Source: Andreprevotia sp. IGB-42 (GTDB taxonomy: Bacteria > Pseudomonadota > Gammaproteobacteria > Burkholderiales > Chitinibacteraceae). From it: 32,000 bases of DNA. The stretch covers positions 63,744 through 95,743 of the forward strand of contig NZ_WXTX01000012.1 in assembly GCF_009848685.1 (NCBI RefSeq), read 5' to 3'. A model generated the notes under the pieces. The model did no database searches, was not told where the DNA came from, and saw only the letters and a program-made list of their open reading frames with translations. Within the stretch, counting starts at the first letter, position 1. Each line of letters starts with the position of its first letter. Shown here one piece after another: positions 1-9,637 of this stretch. Both the position numbers and the translations under genes were made by a program.

Positions 1-1377
1 CAGATCGTGGCTGCTGCCTTTGGGGCACAGAATGGGCAGAGCGCCATTGGTGACAAGAATATCGCCACCGATCTGCGCGAGATCACTGCGGTACGGTACG
101 TTGTCGCGATCCACCAGCGAGACGAACACGTCCGAATAACGGTAGTTGCCCAGCTGCGCCTGCGCACCCGACAGGCCGTGGATGAGCCGTGGCGAACGGC
201 GGATGGAGAACATGGCGCGCGATGGCGCCCATTCGCGCGAATCCGCAGGGGCGAACAGCGGCGAGAAACGCGTGAAATCGTTGGCATCCGCAGCGTAGCC
301 TTCCAGCGCCAGCACATCATAGACTTCGTAATTGAGCGGGCGGCGGCGATCGGGCACCACATGGTATTCAGAAGCCATCTGGTTCACCAGGATGCGGTCC
401 GTGCGCCGCTGGAACAGGTTGACCACCGGTGTGGTGAACAGGGTCAGATTGTTCTGATCCACCGTACCGGCCAGTGATGCATCATTGGCCGACAGGTAAA
501 AGGTGATGTTGACGCGGTTTTGCACCGCATGGCGGCGTATTGCGTCGGCAAACGCAACGCCACCCAGGCGGAAATAACGATAACGCTGCGGAAAAGCAAA
601 GTACTCGTGCAGCAAGCGATAGCCGGAAAACGCCGCGGAGCCATGATCGAGCAGCGCTTCGTCATCTTCGAAACCGACCGTGCCCAGCGCCTGCAGGCCC
701 AGCTCGGTGAATTTGCGCGGCTCGGGGCCATCCGGCGCGCCGATGCGGATGGCCACGCAATGGCCGAGTATCTGCTCAGCCAGGCGCCCGGCCACGTCTT
801 CGGCGCCAGCCAGATAGAAATCAAGGCCATCCACGCGCATGCGCAACAGGTCGGCACCGGTTTGTGCTTCCAGCGTGACCTCGATCTTGGCATTGGCGGC
901 AGGATGCGCGCTTTCCTGTGGCCGGCCTGGCAGATAGCGGCAAGCGGCAACGGACAGCGGCCAGATCTTGACCTCGTGCGCGGTTACGAATTCACAGTTG
1001 CCATCGATACCGGGTATCGATTGGCTAACCAGACGGGTGCCGCGCGCGATGGCATAACCATCCTGCAGGCCGGCGGCTGCGCGCGACGGGTTCATCGCCA
1101 CGATCGCCATGGATGGCGTTGGGGCGCCCCAGTTGGGATAAGCGCAGCGCAGCAGTTGGCTGGTGAATTGCGGGAATGCGGCTTCCTGCTTGAGCTGGAT
1201 ACGCGCGGTCAGGAATGCAAACGCCTCGACCAGCCGCTCTACATACGGGTCGCTGATGCCTTCAAAATCGCCCAGCCGGCCGGCGATGTCGGGATATTGC
1301 TGGGCGAACTCGCGCCCGGTTTCCCGGACGTGCCGGAGCTCTTGGTTGTAAAGCTCCAGAAACCGCTGATTGACCAT
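1..1377 (-). CDS. tssF: T6SS baseplate protein TssF (ImpG/VasA family), N-terminal 459 codons; the 3' end runs off the left window edge
   Basis: Absent from the ORF track because the frame never closes inside the window. Hand translation of the reverse strand from ATG (complement of 1375-1377) gives MVNQRFLELYNQELRHVRETGREFAQQYPDIAGRLGDFEGISDPYVERLVEAFAFLTAR. This matches the conserved TssF N-terminus (Y..EL..L...G.EFA..YP.IA.RLG, DP.VERL.E.FAFL.AR). The start is 3 nt downstream of the tssE stop on the same strand. The listed + strand ORFs 7..477 and 520..1731 are its antisense shadows. Confidence 0.85.
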   Translation of the reverse strand, partial: MVNQRFLELYNQELRHVRETGREFAQQYPDIAGRLGDFEGISDPYVERLVEAFAFLTARIQLKQEAAFPQFTSQLLRCAYPNWGAPTPSMAIVAMNPSRAAAGLQDGYAIARGTRLVSQSIPGIDGNCEFVTAHEVKIWPLSVAACRYLPGRPQESAHPAANAKIEVTLEAQTGADLLRMRVDGLDFYLAGAEDVAGRLAEQILGHCVAIRIGAPDGPEPRKFTELGLQALGTVGFEDDEALLDHGSAAFSGYRLLHEYFAFPQRYRYFRLGGVAFADAIRRHAVQNRVNITFYLSANDASLAGTVDQNNLTLFTTPVVNLFQRRTDRILVNQMASEYHVVPDRRRPLNYEVYDVLALEGYAADANDFTRFSPLFAPADSREWAPSRAMFSIRRSPRLIHGLSGAQAQLGNYRYSDVFVSLVDRDNVPYRSDLAQIGGDILVTNGALPILCPKGSSHDL

Positions 1378-1380
1378 GAC

Positions 1381-1863
1381 TTAGTACTCGGAAACCGAAA
1401 AGCGGCCGTTTTCTACATCCAGCTGTGTACGCAGCAGCAATTCGATCGGCACCGGGTTGGCCAGCACATAACCGGCAATCTGGAACGACAGCAACTGGTG
1501 GTGCGTATCGGCAATATTGTTCAACGGTACGACTTTGAGCGAAACCGGATCAATGCGCGGCTCGAAGCGCAAGATGGACTGGCGTATCCAGCGTTCGATC
1601 TGGCGCATGGTGTTCTGGCTGGTGGTCTGCCCGCTCAGGCAGGGGAAACCGTAACCGATCACCGATGTGCTGTATTCCTCGTCGCTGTCGGGTGCAACGT
1701 GATATGCCGAAATCGAATTCAGCAGGAATGACAGATCACGCATGATGCTGGCAAGCAAGCCCTTGCGGTCGGGCAGCCTGGCGCCGCCCCGGTTGCTGAT
1801 GGCCGCCTGGGTGCCGGTAAGCCGATCGAATAGCGAAGGAAAATAAAAGTCTTCTCGTTTCAT
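1381..1863 (-). CDS. tssE: T6SS baseplate wedge protein TssE (gp25/GPW-like)
   Basis: ORF 1381..1887. The start is moved to the ATG at 1863 (MKREDFYFPSLFDRLTG...) so it does not overlap the tagF stop at 1871. It has the N-terminal SLFDRL motif, ~160 aa length, LLNS and GYG motifs typical of gp25-like TssE, and sits directly upstream of tssF. Confidence 0.85.
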   Translation of the reverse strand: MKREDFYFPSLFDRLTGTQAAISNRGGARLPDRKGLLASIMRDLSFLLNSISAYHVAPDSDEEYSTSVIGYGFPCLSGQTTSQNTMRQIERWIRQSILRFEPRIDPVSLKVVPLNNIADTHHQLLSFQIAGYVLANPVPIELLLRTQLDVENGRFSVSEY

Positions 1864-1870
1864 GTTTTCG

Positions 1871-2590
1871 CTAGATGGCAGAAGCAACTGCGGTTGTCCG
1901 CGGGGACATCAGCAAGGAAAATTCATAAAAATTGGGCAAGCCCTGAAAACGGCGCATCTGGAAATGATCGCTGCCTGCCCCACGCTCCCACCACACCGAT
2001 TGCCCGGCGAACAGCCGCTCGAACGCGAGACTGCCCAGTTGCTGCGCCAGCGCGGTAATCGGCGGATCAGCCGGTATCTGCAGCGGCGCGCCTTGCGGGC
2101 GGTGCTGGTGCCATTCGGTGGCCAGGCGGCGCGCCTGCGCATCCAGCGCCATATTGAAATCATCCAGCCCCAACACATTGAGGCGCTCCAGCTCGCCGTC
2201 GATCTGCTGTGCATCCCAGCGCTGGCTGACGGCCTGCAGTGCAATGGCTTCAAGCTGATCAAACCACGTTGCCGAGTCGGCGTAAACGATCTGCTGCGTC
2301 CAGTCGCCGGAAAAACGCTGGCAGAACACGCACGGATAGCAGCGGCCTACGGCATCGATGCTGGGCGTCAGGATGCCGAGTATCGCCTGCTGGCCGGCAA
2401 CACCGGGCGCAAGCAAAAAACGCCATTGTGGCGCTTGCAGGAACAGGCTTTGCCAATCCGCACCTGCGGTGCTGCGGTAGCTGGCAACCGAGGCTTCCAT
2501 CCAGTCCGTCAGGCGTTCGAACAACGCGCCATCGACACGGCGAACCAGAAAATCCGGTGCTGCGGGTATTTTTCCAAACCAACCGATCAC
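1871..2590 (-). CDS. tagF: T6SS accessory/post-translational regulator TagF (ImpM, DUF2094 family)
   Basis: ORF 1871..2797 is open further upstream, but that part overlaps tssM by 188 nt and reads as junk. A GTG at 2590, preceded by an AGGA ~8 nt upstream, gives (M)IGWFGKIPAAPDFLVRRVDG. This is the hallmark TagF N-terminus (G.FGK.P...DF). It lies 20 nt after the tssM stop and is 239 aa long. Confidence 0.75.
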   Translation of the reverse strand: MIGWFGKIPAAPDFLVRRVDGALFERLTDWMEASVASYRSTAGADWQSLFLQAPQWRFLLAPGVAGQQAILGILTPSIDAVGRCYPCVFCQRFSGDWTQQIVYADSATWFDQLEAIALQAVSQRWDAQQIDGELERLNVLGLDDFNMALDAQARRLATEWHQHRPQGAPLQIPADPPITALAQQLGSLAFERLFAGQSVWWERGAGSDHFQMRRFQGLPNFYEFSLLMSPRTTAVASAI

Positions 2591-2609
2591 TGACTGTTCC
2601 TGCCCGTCG

Positions 2610-5600
2610 TCACAGATTGGTCGGGCATTTGAATTTGTCCAGCTCAGCCAGGCGGAACGGGCTCTGCACGGTAGAAGTGGTGACTTCGAACTTGACGTAA
2701 CGATCCTGGATCTTGAACGCAACACGTACGGATTCGGGCCGTGAGGTCGGCTCGACAGTGGCCTTGTCCATGGCATGCCACAACGCCCAGTCGCCATCGA
2801 AGGTCAGGCCGCCCACGTCATTGCCGTTCAGGCCATTCATGGTCAGGCGGATCACGCCGGTGCCCTTGGGGCCGGGCCAGGTCATTTGCTGCGGCACGAT
2901 GGCGCCGTGACGGTACTTGAGAATCTGGCCGTCGATATCGAGCACGGTTTGCGACAAGGCGGCATCCATTTCAACCGGCTTGATGGTAAAGCGCACCTGC
3001 GCCTGGTTGCCGCCCGGGAAGAACACATCGCGGATTACAGCTGCACGCTGAAAATCGGCCAGTGCGGCCGATTGGTTATTGTTGGCGCTGGCTGCACCCG
3101 GGCGAAAAGACCAGGGTTTGGTGGAAGTATCAACCTCTTGCGCCAGGCTTTTCTGAAAAAAAGCGTCAATGACCCCACCCGGGCTGAATACCCGGGCAAA
3201 GTCATCGCGGCGTACATCGCTGGGGCTGCTGCGGTTGAACGGATAGCGGTCTTTCACCACCTGCGTGCAGACATCCCCCACCGACGACTCCATCGCAGAC
3301 GACAGGTTCTGCTTGGCAACGCCCTGCACATGACCAACGCTGGTATCCGACAAACCCTGCAGCATGCTGCCCAGTGGTTCCGGCATGCGGGCAGCCTCGG
3401 ACTTCAGGCGTACCGGCAGATCGCTGGCGGGCAATGCGCCCTTGGATTGGGTCGCCGCATCTGCCGCAGACAGGTAGTTGTACAGATCACCCAGCAGCAC
3501 GATGGTGCTTTCAATCGGCGCCTGAGCATTCGGTGCCGGCGGCGTCACCATGCGATGGATGCTGGTGAAACGGCTATCCACAATGTACTCGAGGCGGGTT
3601 TCTGTCTCTGCATTGCGGGTCTGGCGTGGCGCCATCAGGCGTTGCAGCTTGTCGCGCTGTGCCTGCACCGCGCTGGCGGTGGCCATTTCAACCAGCTTGC
3701 CGGCGGTACCCTGGGTTTCAGCCAGTGCGACCAGCGACGTTTCATGCGTGATGCCGCGCAGCAGGTACAGCAGCGGCGAATCCGGACCGGACAACACGCG
3801 CGTCACATGCACGCTTTGCTCCAGGCTGGCTTGCGGGGCAATGCGGATATCGTTGACGAGGCGCTCCCATGCGGCTGCGTACTCTTCCAGATACAGGCGT
3901 TTGACTGCATCGCGCACGCGCTTTTCTTCCTGCTCGGCGTTGACGAGTGTTTTTACTCCGCCGGCAGCCACCGGCTCGTCACGCAGTACCCAGCCCTCCT
4001 CCTGGTACATGTCTTTCAGTACCGGGTCGATGGCCGGCAGGAAAGCCTTGGAGTAGCCATCTGCGGTGAACAGGCCCGGCATGCCCTGGCTGAGTGGCGC
4101 GCCGCTGGCGCGTACGAACACCACGGCAGCCGATGGACCTGCCGCTTCGGTAATGCGGAACTCGGCAATCTGGTTACCCACACCCATGCGCTTGAGGCGG
4201 CCATAGATGCGGTTGGGCAGTGGCGAGCTGGCAAGCTGCGCACGCACTTCCGTGGTCAATGCCTTGTCGAGCGGAATGGGGCTTTGCACCGCACCGCGGG
4301 ACAACAGCGTATCCAGGTGGATTTCCAACTGCTTGCGCTGTTCGATCGGAAAATCACGCGGCAGGTTGGCATCCCAATCGAGCATCACCCATGCCTTGAA
4401 TGCATTGGCATTGAAACGCTCGGCCTCGTGCAGCATCAGATAAACCTTGAGCGTTTCGTACTGCATGTCCGGATCGGACTTGAACGAACGCAGCGCTTGT
4501 TCGAGACGACCATTGATTTGCGGGATGAACGTATCCTGCAACAGGCGGTAATACGCGTTGGACGATGCGGCGGTCAGCTTCTCGCCCTGGTACATGCCCA
4601 TATTGCCCAGCCACAGGTCGGATTGCCCCGCTACCGGCGCAGGAATATCCCGCACTGCCTGCAAGGTGGGCAACAGATCGCCCAGCGACATTTCCTGGCC
4701 GACATTGATGCGCTCAACCTGGTCACGCACCTTGGGCACCCGTGCGGCTACCGCGTCCACGTAATCGTTGTTGTGGCGATAGCCAACGATCATCGAACCG
4801 GCTGCCAGCACCACCATCAGGCTCAGCAGCACATAACCGGCCGAGTGCAGCAGGGTACGCTTGCGGTGCCAGGACAGATTGCTGCCGGCCAAGTGTGCTT
4901 CGCCCAGCATCAGCTCACGGAACACCCGGGCCACGAAGAACGGACGGAACACCATCTGCTGCGCGCGCGCCAGCGTGAATGACTGGCGCAGGCCCAGCGG
5001 CGCAGCAACAGCTGGCAGCAGCGGATCCACCGGTGCACCTTCCTGCGCACCACTGGTGAAGTAAAAGCCACGGAACAGGATGCGCGACTGATACGGATTG
5101 GCGCTGAATGCCGCCTCGATGAAGTCGAGCAGCGGTTGTTGCAATGCCTGGAAGCTCTGCGGGAAGAAGCCCAGCAGGGTACGACGATCCAGATCGGTTT
5201 CGCGCTGCAGTTTTTGCAACAGCAGGCCCTGCAGGCGCTGGCTGAGTGCCGCCAGCTCGCCCTGCACGGTATTGAGGGCAACCGGGTCTTTGGCGGAAGC
5301 CGGGATGGGCAAGGTCACGCCCCACACCTGCTCGCGCTCTTCGGCACTCAGCGTTTCAAAGAATTCGCAGAAACCGGAAATCAGGTCGGCCTTGGTCACC
5401 ACCAGATACACCGGCACTTCAAGGCCCAGCACGTGGCGCAGTTCCTGCACGCGGTTGCGGATGGCATTGGCCTGGATTTCCAGCTCGGACTTGCGGCCAG
5501 CCAGCAATGTATCGGCACTGACCGAGACCATGATGCCGTTGATCGGCTGGCGCGGGCGGCTCTTTTTCAGCAGCAGCAGGAATTCTTCCCACTCGGCCGA

Positions 5601-6224
5601 ATCAGCCTGACGATCGCTTTCGTGCGTGCAATAGCGGCCTGCGGTATCGAGCAGTACCGCCTTGTCGGAAAACAGCCATTTGCAGTTGCGCGTACCACCC
5701 ACGCCATCAACTGCGTCATCCTGCTTCTGATCACCCAGCGGAAACTTCAAACCGGAGTTGCGGAAAATGGTGCTTTTGCCGGTACCCGGTGCACCCACAA
5801 TCACATACCAGGGCAGGCGATACAGATAGGTATCGCGATCCAGCGTACCCAGCGTGCGGGCAAACCAGCCGTGGCCTGCTTCGTCCTGGCGCACTTTGCG
5901 CAGGGTAAGCAGGGCTTCGGAGAAGCGGCGCTTGAGGACATCACCACGCTGGCGTTCATCACCCGTTTCGCCCTCTGCACCCAGCATGCCTTTTTGCAAG
6001 GCGGCATTGGCGCGGCGGGCGCGGCGCAATGCAAGCACCAGCGCGATCACGTAAATCAGTGCAACGACAGCGGTGAAGGTCACACGCACCCACAGCGGGG
6101 CGAACGGACGCCAGGAACCAATAGCCACCAACGGGCCGACAAACCAGACCAAGAGCGTAAGGCCGATCAGACCCAAGGCAACCAGGACCCAGCGATTGAG
6201 GATAAAGCGAAGAAACGTTTTCAT
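2610..6224 (-). CDS. tssM: T6SS membrane complex protein TssM (IcmF)
   Basis: 1204 aa. It has N-terminal TM helices (LVALGLIGLTLLVWFVGPLVAI, VTFTAVVALIYVIALVLAL) and a third TM (YVLLSLMVVLAAGSMIVGY). It carries a Walker A motif GAPGTGKST, has IcmF-like length, and sits next to tssL. Confidence 0.95.
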   Translation of the reverse strand: MKTFLRFILNRWVLVALGLIGLTLLVWFVGPLVAIGSWRPFAPLWVRVTFTAVVALIYVIALVLALRRARRANAALQKGMLGAEGETGDERQRGDVLKRRFSEALLTLRKVRQDEAGHGWFARTLGTLDRDTYLYRLPWYVIVGAPGTGKSTIFRNSGLKFPLGDQKQDDAVDGVGGTRNCKWLFSDKAVLLDTAGRYCTHESDRQADSAEWEEFLLLLKKSRPRQPINGIMVSVSADTLLAGRKSELEIQANAIRNRVQELRHVLGLEVPVYLVVTKADLISGFCEFFETLSAEEREQVWGVTLPIPASAKDPVALNTVQGELAALSQRLQGLLLQKLQRETDLDRRTLLGFFPQSFQALQQPLLDFIEAAFSANPYQSRILFRGFYFTSGAQEGAPVDPLLPAVAAPLGLRQSFTLARAQQMVFRPFFVARVFRELMLGEAHLAGSNLSWHRKRTLLHSAGYVLLSLMVVLAAGSMIVGYRHNNDYVDAVAARVPKVRDQVERINVGQEMSLGDLLPTLQAVRDIPAPVAGQSDLWLGNMGMYQGEKLTAASSNAYYRLLQDTFIPQINGRLEQALRSFKSDPDMQYETLKVYLMLHEAERFNANAFKAWVMLDWDANLPRDFPIEQRKQLEIHLDTLLSRGAVQSPIPLDKALTTEVRAQLASSPLPNRIYGRLKRMGVGNQIAEFRITEAAGPSAAVVFVRASGAPLSQGMPGLFTADGYSKAFLPAIDPVLKDMYQEEGWVLRDEPVAAGGVKTLVNAEQEEKRVRDAVKRLYLEEYAAAWERLVNDIRIAPQASLEQSVHVTRVLSGPDSPLLYLLRGITHETSLVALAETQGTAGKLVEMATASAVQAQRDKLQRLMAPRQTRNAETETRLEYIVDSRFTSIHRMVTPPAPNAQAPIESTIVLLGDLYNYLSAADAATQSKGALPASDLPVRLKSEAARMPEPLGSMLQGLSDTSVGHVQGVAKQNLSSAMESSVGDVCTQVVKDRYPFNRSSPSDVRRDDFARVFSPGGVIDAFFQKSLAQEVDTSTKPWSFRPGAASANNNQSAALADFQRAAVIRDVFFPGGNQAQVRFTIKPVEMDAALSQTVLDIDGQILKYRHGAIVPQQMTWPGPKGTGVIRLTMNGLNGNDVGGLTFDGDWALWHAMDKATVEPTSRPESVRVAFKIQDRYVKFEVTTSTVQSPFRLAELDKFKCPTNL

Positions 6225-6245
6225 CTAATGCGGCTCGGGATCGGG

Positions 6246-7526
6246 TTAGCGTGCAACGAACACGGTGATTTCCACGCGGCGGTTCTTGGCGCGGTTGGCG
6301 GGTTTGTCGTTCTTGACCACGGGTTCGGAATCAGAACGGCCTTCAACGGACAGACGCGTTGCTGGTACATCAACGGCGAGTACATCGCGTACCGATTGCG
6401 CGCGCGCCTGCGACAGATGCCAGTTGGACGGGAAGCGCAGGCTGCCGATCGGCTGGTCATCGGTATGACCGGTCACCAGCACCCTGCCCTGAATCTTCTT
6501 CACTTCCTCGCCCACACGGTGCAACACCGGCAAAGCGGCCGGAATCACATCCGCACTGCCCGACTCGAACAGGCCATCACCCAGGATGGTGACCACCGAG
6601 CGATCAGCGTAGTCAGCCACGCTGACCTGACCGGCAGCAATCTCGCGTTCCAGGAACTGTGCCAGCCGTGGCTGTGCCGCAGCCTTGGGCGCTGCCAGCG
6701 GTGCCGAACGCGCGCGGATGCTCTGGATCTCGCCGAACACCGGATCGGAATGCTGGTTGATGCGCAGCGACAGGAACAGATACATCACCACCAGCACAAT
6801 CAGCATGGCCACCGCGGATACCCACAACGGAATGATCGCCAGCGGTTTGACCGCCTTGCCCGATACGCCTTGCCAGCGCTCGGACAGGTCATTGTTGCCC
6901 GCTTGCGGCGTGTACTGGCGCAGCAACTCCGCCAGCTGGTTGCGCAGCACATTCAGTTGCTGCTGGCCACCATCGATCACGCCAAAGCGGCCGGAAAACC
7001 CGTAGCTGAGGCAGACATACATCAGCTCAAGCAGATCACGCGTATCAGCCGGTGTTTCCTTCAGGCGATCGAGCAACTGGAAGAACTTCTCGCCCCCCCA
7101 GGTTTCGTTATGGAACTGCACCAGCAAGCTGCAAGAGCCCCAGCTCACGCCCCACTCGCAAGAGCAGATTACCTCGTCCAGAAAGGTACACAACACATAG
7201 CGCGCAGCAACCACGTGTTCGTGGCGTACACCCTTGCGGCGCATGGCATCCTCGAACTCCTTGATGCCTTGCACCAGGTAGCTCTGCAGCGCGGTCAGGT
7301 TTTGCGGACTGTCGCTGTGGCGCAATTGCATTGCCGCGTAGATCAGCGGGCTGGCGCTGGACAAGATGGGGTTCACACCACTACGCAGTGCCTCGACGGC
7401 TGCCGCATCGGCAGGGCCATAGGGCTGCGCCGTGCCGGGCTGCGCGGTACCTGACCCGATGAACTGATCCAGCGGGTGGTTGGATTCGGTTGCGATACTC
7501 AACGTACATACTCCTGTATCGGCCAC
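6246..7526 (-). CDS. tssL: T6SS membrane complex protein TssL (DotU) fused to a C-terminal OmpA/MotB-type peptidoglycan-binding domain
   Basis: 426 aa. It has a DotU-like cytoplasmic domain, a single TM (PLAIIPLWVSAVAMLIVLVVMYLFLSL), and a C-terminal OmpA-like motif block (VTGHTDDQPIG..FPSNWHLSQARAQSVRDVL...NRAKNRRVEITV). Confidence 0.9.
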   Translation of the reverse strand: MADTGVCTLSIATESNHPLDQFIGSGTAQPGTAQPYGPADAAAVEALRSGVNPILSSASPLIYAAMQLRHSDSPQNLTALQSYLVQGIKEFEDAMRRKGVRHEHVVAARYVLCTFLDEVICSCEWGVSWGSCSLLVQFHNETWGGEKFFQLLDRLKETPADTRDLLELMYVCLSYGFSGRFGVIDGGQQQLNVLRNQLAELLRQYTPQAGNNDLSERWQGVSGKAVKPLAIIPLWVSAVAMLIVLVVMYLFLSLRINQHSDPVFGEIQSIRARSAPLAAPKAAAQPRLAQFLEREIAAGQVSVADYADRSVVTILGDGLFESGSADVIPAALPVLHRVGEEVKKIQGRVLVTGHTDDQPIGSLRFPSNWHLSQARAQSVRDVLAVDVPATRLSVEGRSDSEPVVKNDKPANRAKNRRVEITVFVAR

Positions 7527-7533
7527 GCAGTGC

Positions 7534-8868
7534 TTAGCTGCGTACGGCCCAAAGCTCTAGTTCCAAACCGGGGAAATCACCGGCGACGTGTAGGGCCAAA
7601 CCGGCCGACTGCCCAAGCTGCTGCCAGAAATCGCCACCCTTTTCCAGTTCGAAGTAATTGAAGCCGGCATGGAAAGGGATCTGGTGCGGCACCACCGGCA
7701 GCGCAGAAATGCGCACGCCAGGCAGTTGCAGGCTGATCAGATCGCGAATCTTCTCGACCGGGCCAATCTTGATTTGCGATGGCAACAGGTTGCGCAGCAC
7801 CTCGCTGGCCAGTTGCCCCTTGGCGGCCAGGATGAACTTGGCCTGATCGAACAAACCGTTGTCCGGAACAATGGCCACGCGTACGCCGTAGTTGCGCTCC
7901 TGCAGCTCGATAGCGATGGCACTTTGCTCGAACACCATCGACAACATGCGGCGCAGTTCGGCAATCAGCGGCGGGAAGCACGCTTCTGGCGCATCATGCT
8001 GGTAAAGCGGCACATCGGTGGCCAAGCGTGATTCGTTGGCAAAGATCGACAGGTCACCCAGCAAGGTCTGCCCCAAGCCGAAGAACAGCGACGGGTGACA
8101 GTTGCTGCGGACCACCATCTGCTCCAGTGCTGGCGAATAGCGGTTCAATGTTTGCAGCAACAGGAATTCAGCGATATCCGCCACGCTGCTCTTGGGGGCG
8201 CCCACGCGGGCGGCAACCGCCATCGCACGTTGCCGCACCAGCCCGGCCAGCTCTTTCAGCCAGGTTTCGATCAGCGGCGATGCGGTCACCGCCAGGGTCG
8301 GCGGCACGAAACTGCCATCGAGCGTGACGCGACCATCAGCCTGACACTCCACCACGCGGGCAACCGGCAAGGCCACCCACGCACCGGACAGCTCACGCGC
8401 CATCAACAGGCGCAGGTTCTGGCGCCCCAGCAAGGCATGCACCTTCAGCGCCGGATCAAGCGCGTCCACCAGCTCATGCCCTTCCGCCACATAGCGGGCA
8501 GCAACCGGCTCGCTACCGCTGGACAGATCGAATTGCGCACGCCCGACCAGTGCCATGGGCACGGCCAGGTAAACCAGTTCGTTGCGAGCATCCTGCGGCA
8601 CGTCCAGTGGCGCGGGGGCCAGATCGTAGCCGGGCACGTCAAACACCGCACCATCGCGGAACAGGCCACGCGCCGCCAGCACGCCCAGTTTACCCATGCT
8701 GCACAGGGCGCTATCGAGCTTCAGCTCGGCAAAGCCCCAGTGCCATTCGCCGCCCAGTTGCACGTGGCGGATCAGCAAGGATTCAAAAAAACGTTCTTGC
8801 TGCTGAAAATGCTGCTGCTGCAAGAACAGCCCTTCACTCCAGACAACGCGATTACCGCTCATTTGCAT
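7534..8868 (-). CDS. tssK: T6SS baseplate protein TssK
   Basis: 444 aa. The N-terminus VVWSEGLFLQQQHFQQQERFFE is the conserved TssK opening (W.EG..L.PQHFQQ.DRY). It sits between tssJ and tssL. Confidence 0.9.
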   Translation of the reverse strand: MQMSGNRVVWSEGLFLQQQHFQQQERFFESLLIRHVQLGGEWHWGFAELKLDSALCSMGKLGVLAARGLFRDGAVFDVPGYDLAPAPLDVPQDARNELVYLAVPMALVGRAQFDLSSGSEPVAARYVAEGHELVDALDPALKVHALLGRQNLRLLMARELSGAWVALPVARVVECQADGRVTLDGSFVPPTLAVTASPLIETWLKELAGLVRQRAMAVAARVGAPKSSVADIAEFLLLQTLNRYSPALEQMVVRSNCHPSLFFGLGQTLLGDLSIFANESRLATDVPLYQHDAPEACFPPLIAELRRMLSMVFEQSAIAIELQERNYGVRVAIVPDNGLFDQAKFILAAKGQLASEVLRNLLPSQIKIGPVEKIRDLISLQLPGVRISALPVVPHQIPFHAGFNYFELEKGGDFWQQLGQSAGLALHVAGDFPGLELELWAVRS

Positions 8869-8889
8869 GTTCCCAAAAGTGGTATCGCA

Positions 8890-9603
8890 TTACTGGATGC
8901 TCGGCAGGCGGCTCAGTACCGCATCCTTGGCTTTGTCTTCGGCCATGCTCACAGCCTGATCTGCGGCACGGTCCGCTGCGCTCGCGGCATAAGCCTTGGC
9001 CTTGGCGATGGCCTTGTCGCTGGCGCCGGAAGCACCGGCCTGTGCCTTGTGCTTCACACGTGCACTTTCTTCCGCAACGTCAAGCAACGCCACATCGTCC
9101 GGCGAAGAAATCTGCAGCGTGGAATCCACCAGATCGATACGCAGCGCCATGGCCGGCTTGCGCTCCCACACCAGCGGAATCTTGATTGCGGTCACGTTCT
9201 CCACCTGACCATCAACACGCCATTTGGAACGGTCGACATCGCGGAACGCGGCAACGGCAGCAAAGTAGCGCGCCTCGGGCAGGATGGGGCGCTTCAGGCG
9301 CAGTGCCTCATCGGGGCGCACCAGCACCTCTTCGCTGCTGAGCAATTCAGGCCCCAGCGTCTCGGGGTGATCAACCAGCACAAAGTAATCTGCAGCCTGG
9401 AAAGCATTGAGTGATTTCAACTGGAACAGACGCACCACCACCGGCGAAGGGCGTGCATTCAGGTCAGGATTGATCTTGGGTTGCGCCAGCACCAGCGCAT
9501 CAACCTCGGTCGGCTGCGCAGCGCAGCCGCTCAGCATGGCAACCATCACCAGCAGCGAGGCGGCAGCCCATCGTCCACCCCGGAAAAAAACAAAATCATA
9601 CAT
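8890..9603 (-). CDS. tssJ: T6SS outer-membrane lipoprotein TssJ with an unusual Ala/Lys/Asp-rich C-terminal extension
   Basis: 237 aa. It has a signal peptide plus lipobox (LLVMVAMLSGC) and a TssJ-like body (PKINPDLNARPSPVVVRLFQLKS...F..ADYF.L). It is the first gene of the minus-strand operon. The last ~57 aa are low complexity (AQAGASGASDKAIAKAKAYAASAADRAADQAVSMAEDKAKDAVL). Confidence 0.85.
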   Translation of the reverse strand: MYDFVFFRGGRWAAASLLVMVAMLSGCAAQPTEVDALVLAQPKINPDLNARPSPVVVRLFQLKSLNAFQAADYFVLVDHPETLGPELLSSEEVLVRPDEALRLKRPILPEARYFAAVAAFRDVDRSKWRVDGQVENVTAIKIPLVWERKPAMALRIDLVDSTLQISSPDDVALLDVAEESARVKHKAQAGASGASDKAIAKAKAYAASAADRAADQAVSMAEDKAKDAVLSRLPSIQ

Positions 9604-9618
9604 TTTCGTATCTTTCTT

Positions 9619-9637
9619 AAGGTCTACAAAAGACCTT
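9619..9637. promoter_or_regulatory. Perfect inverted repeat AAGGTCT-N5-AGACCTT in the tssJ/tssA divergent control region
   Basis: Read directly: aaggtct acaaa agacctt. It lies 16-34 nt upstream of the tssJ start codon (9603, minus strand). It is therefore either a 5'-UTR stem-loop next to the tssJ ribosome-binding region or a dimeric regulator operator. Confidence 0.4.

Noticed and set aside
2591-2797. Upstream extension of tagF (ORF 1871..2797), and the 8-codon extension of tssE (1864..1887)
   Set aside because: The extensions overlap the 3' ends of tssM and tagF respectively and lack family similarity. Internal starts (GTG 2590, ATG 1863) restore the conserved N-termini and non-overlapping spacing.
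7422-7451. Tandem 15-nt near-duplication encoding GTAQPGTAQP in the TssL N-terminus
   Set aside because: This is a small in-frame slippage duplication in a presumably disordered N-terminal tail. There is no evidence of functional or phase-variable significance (only two copies).
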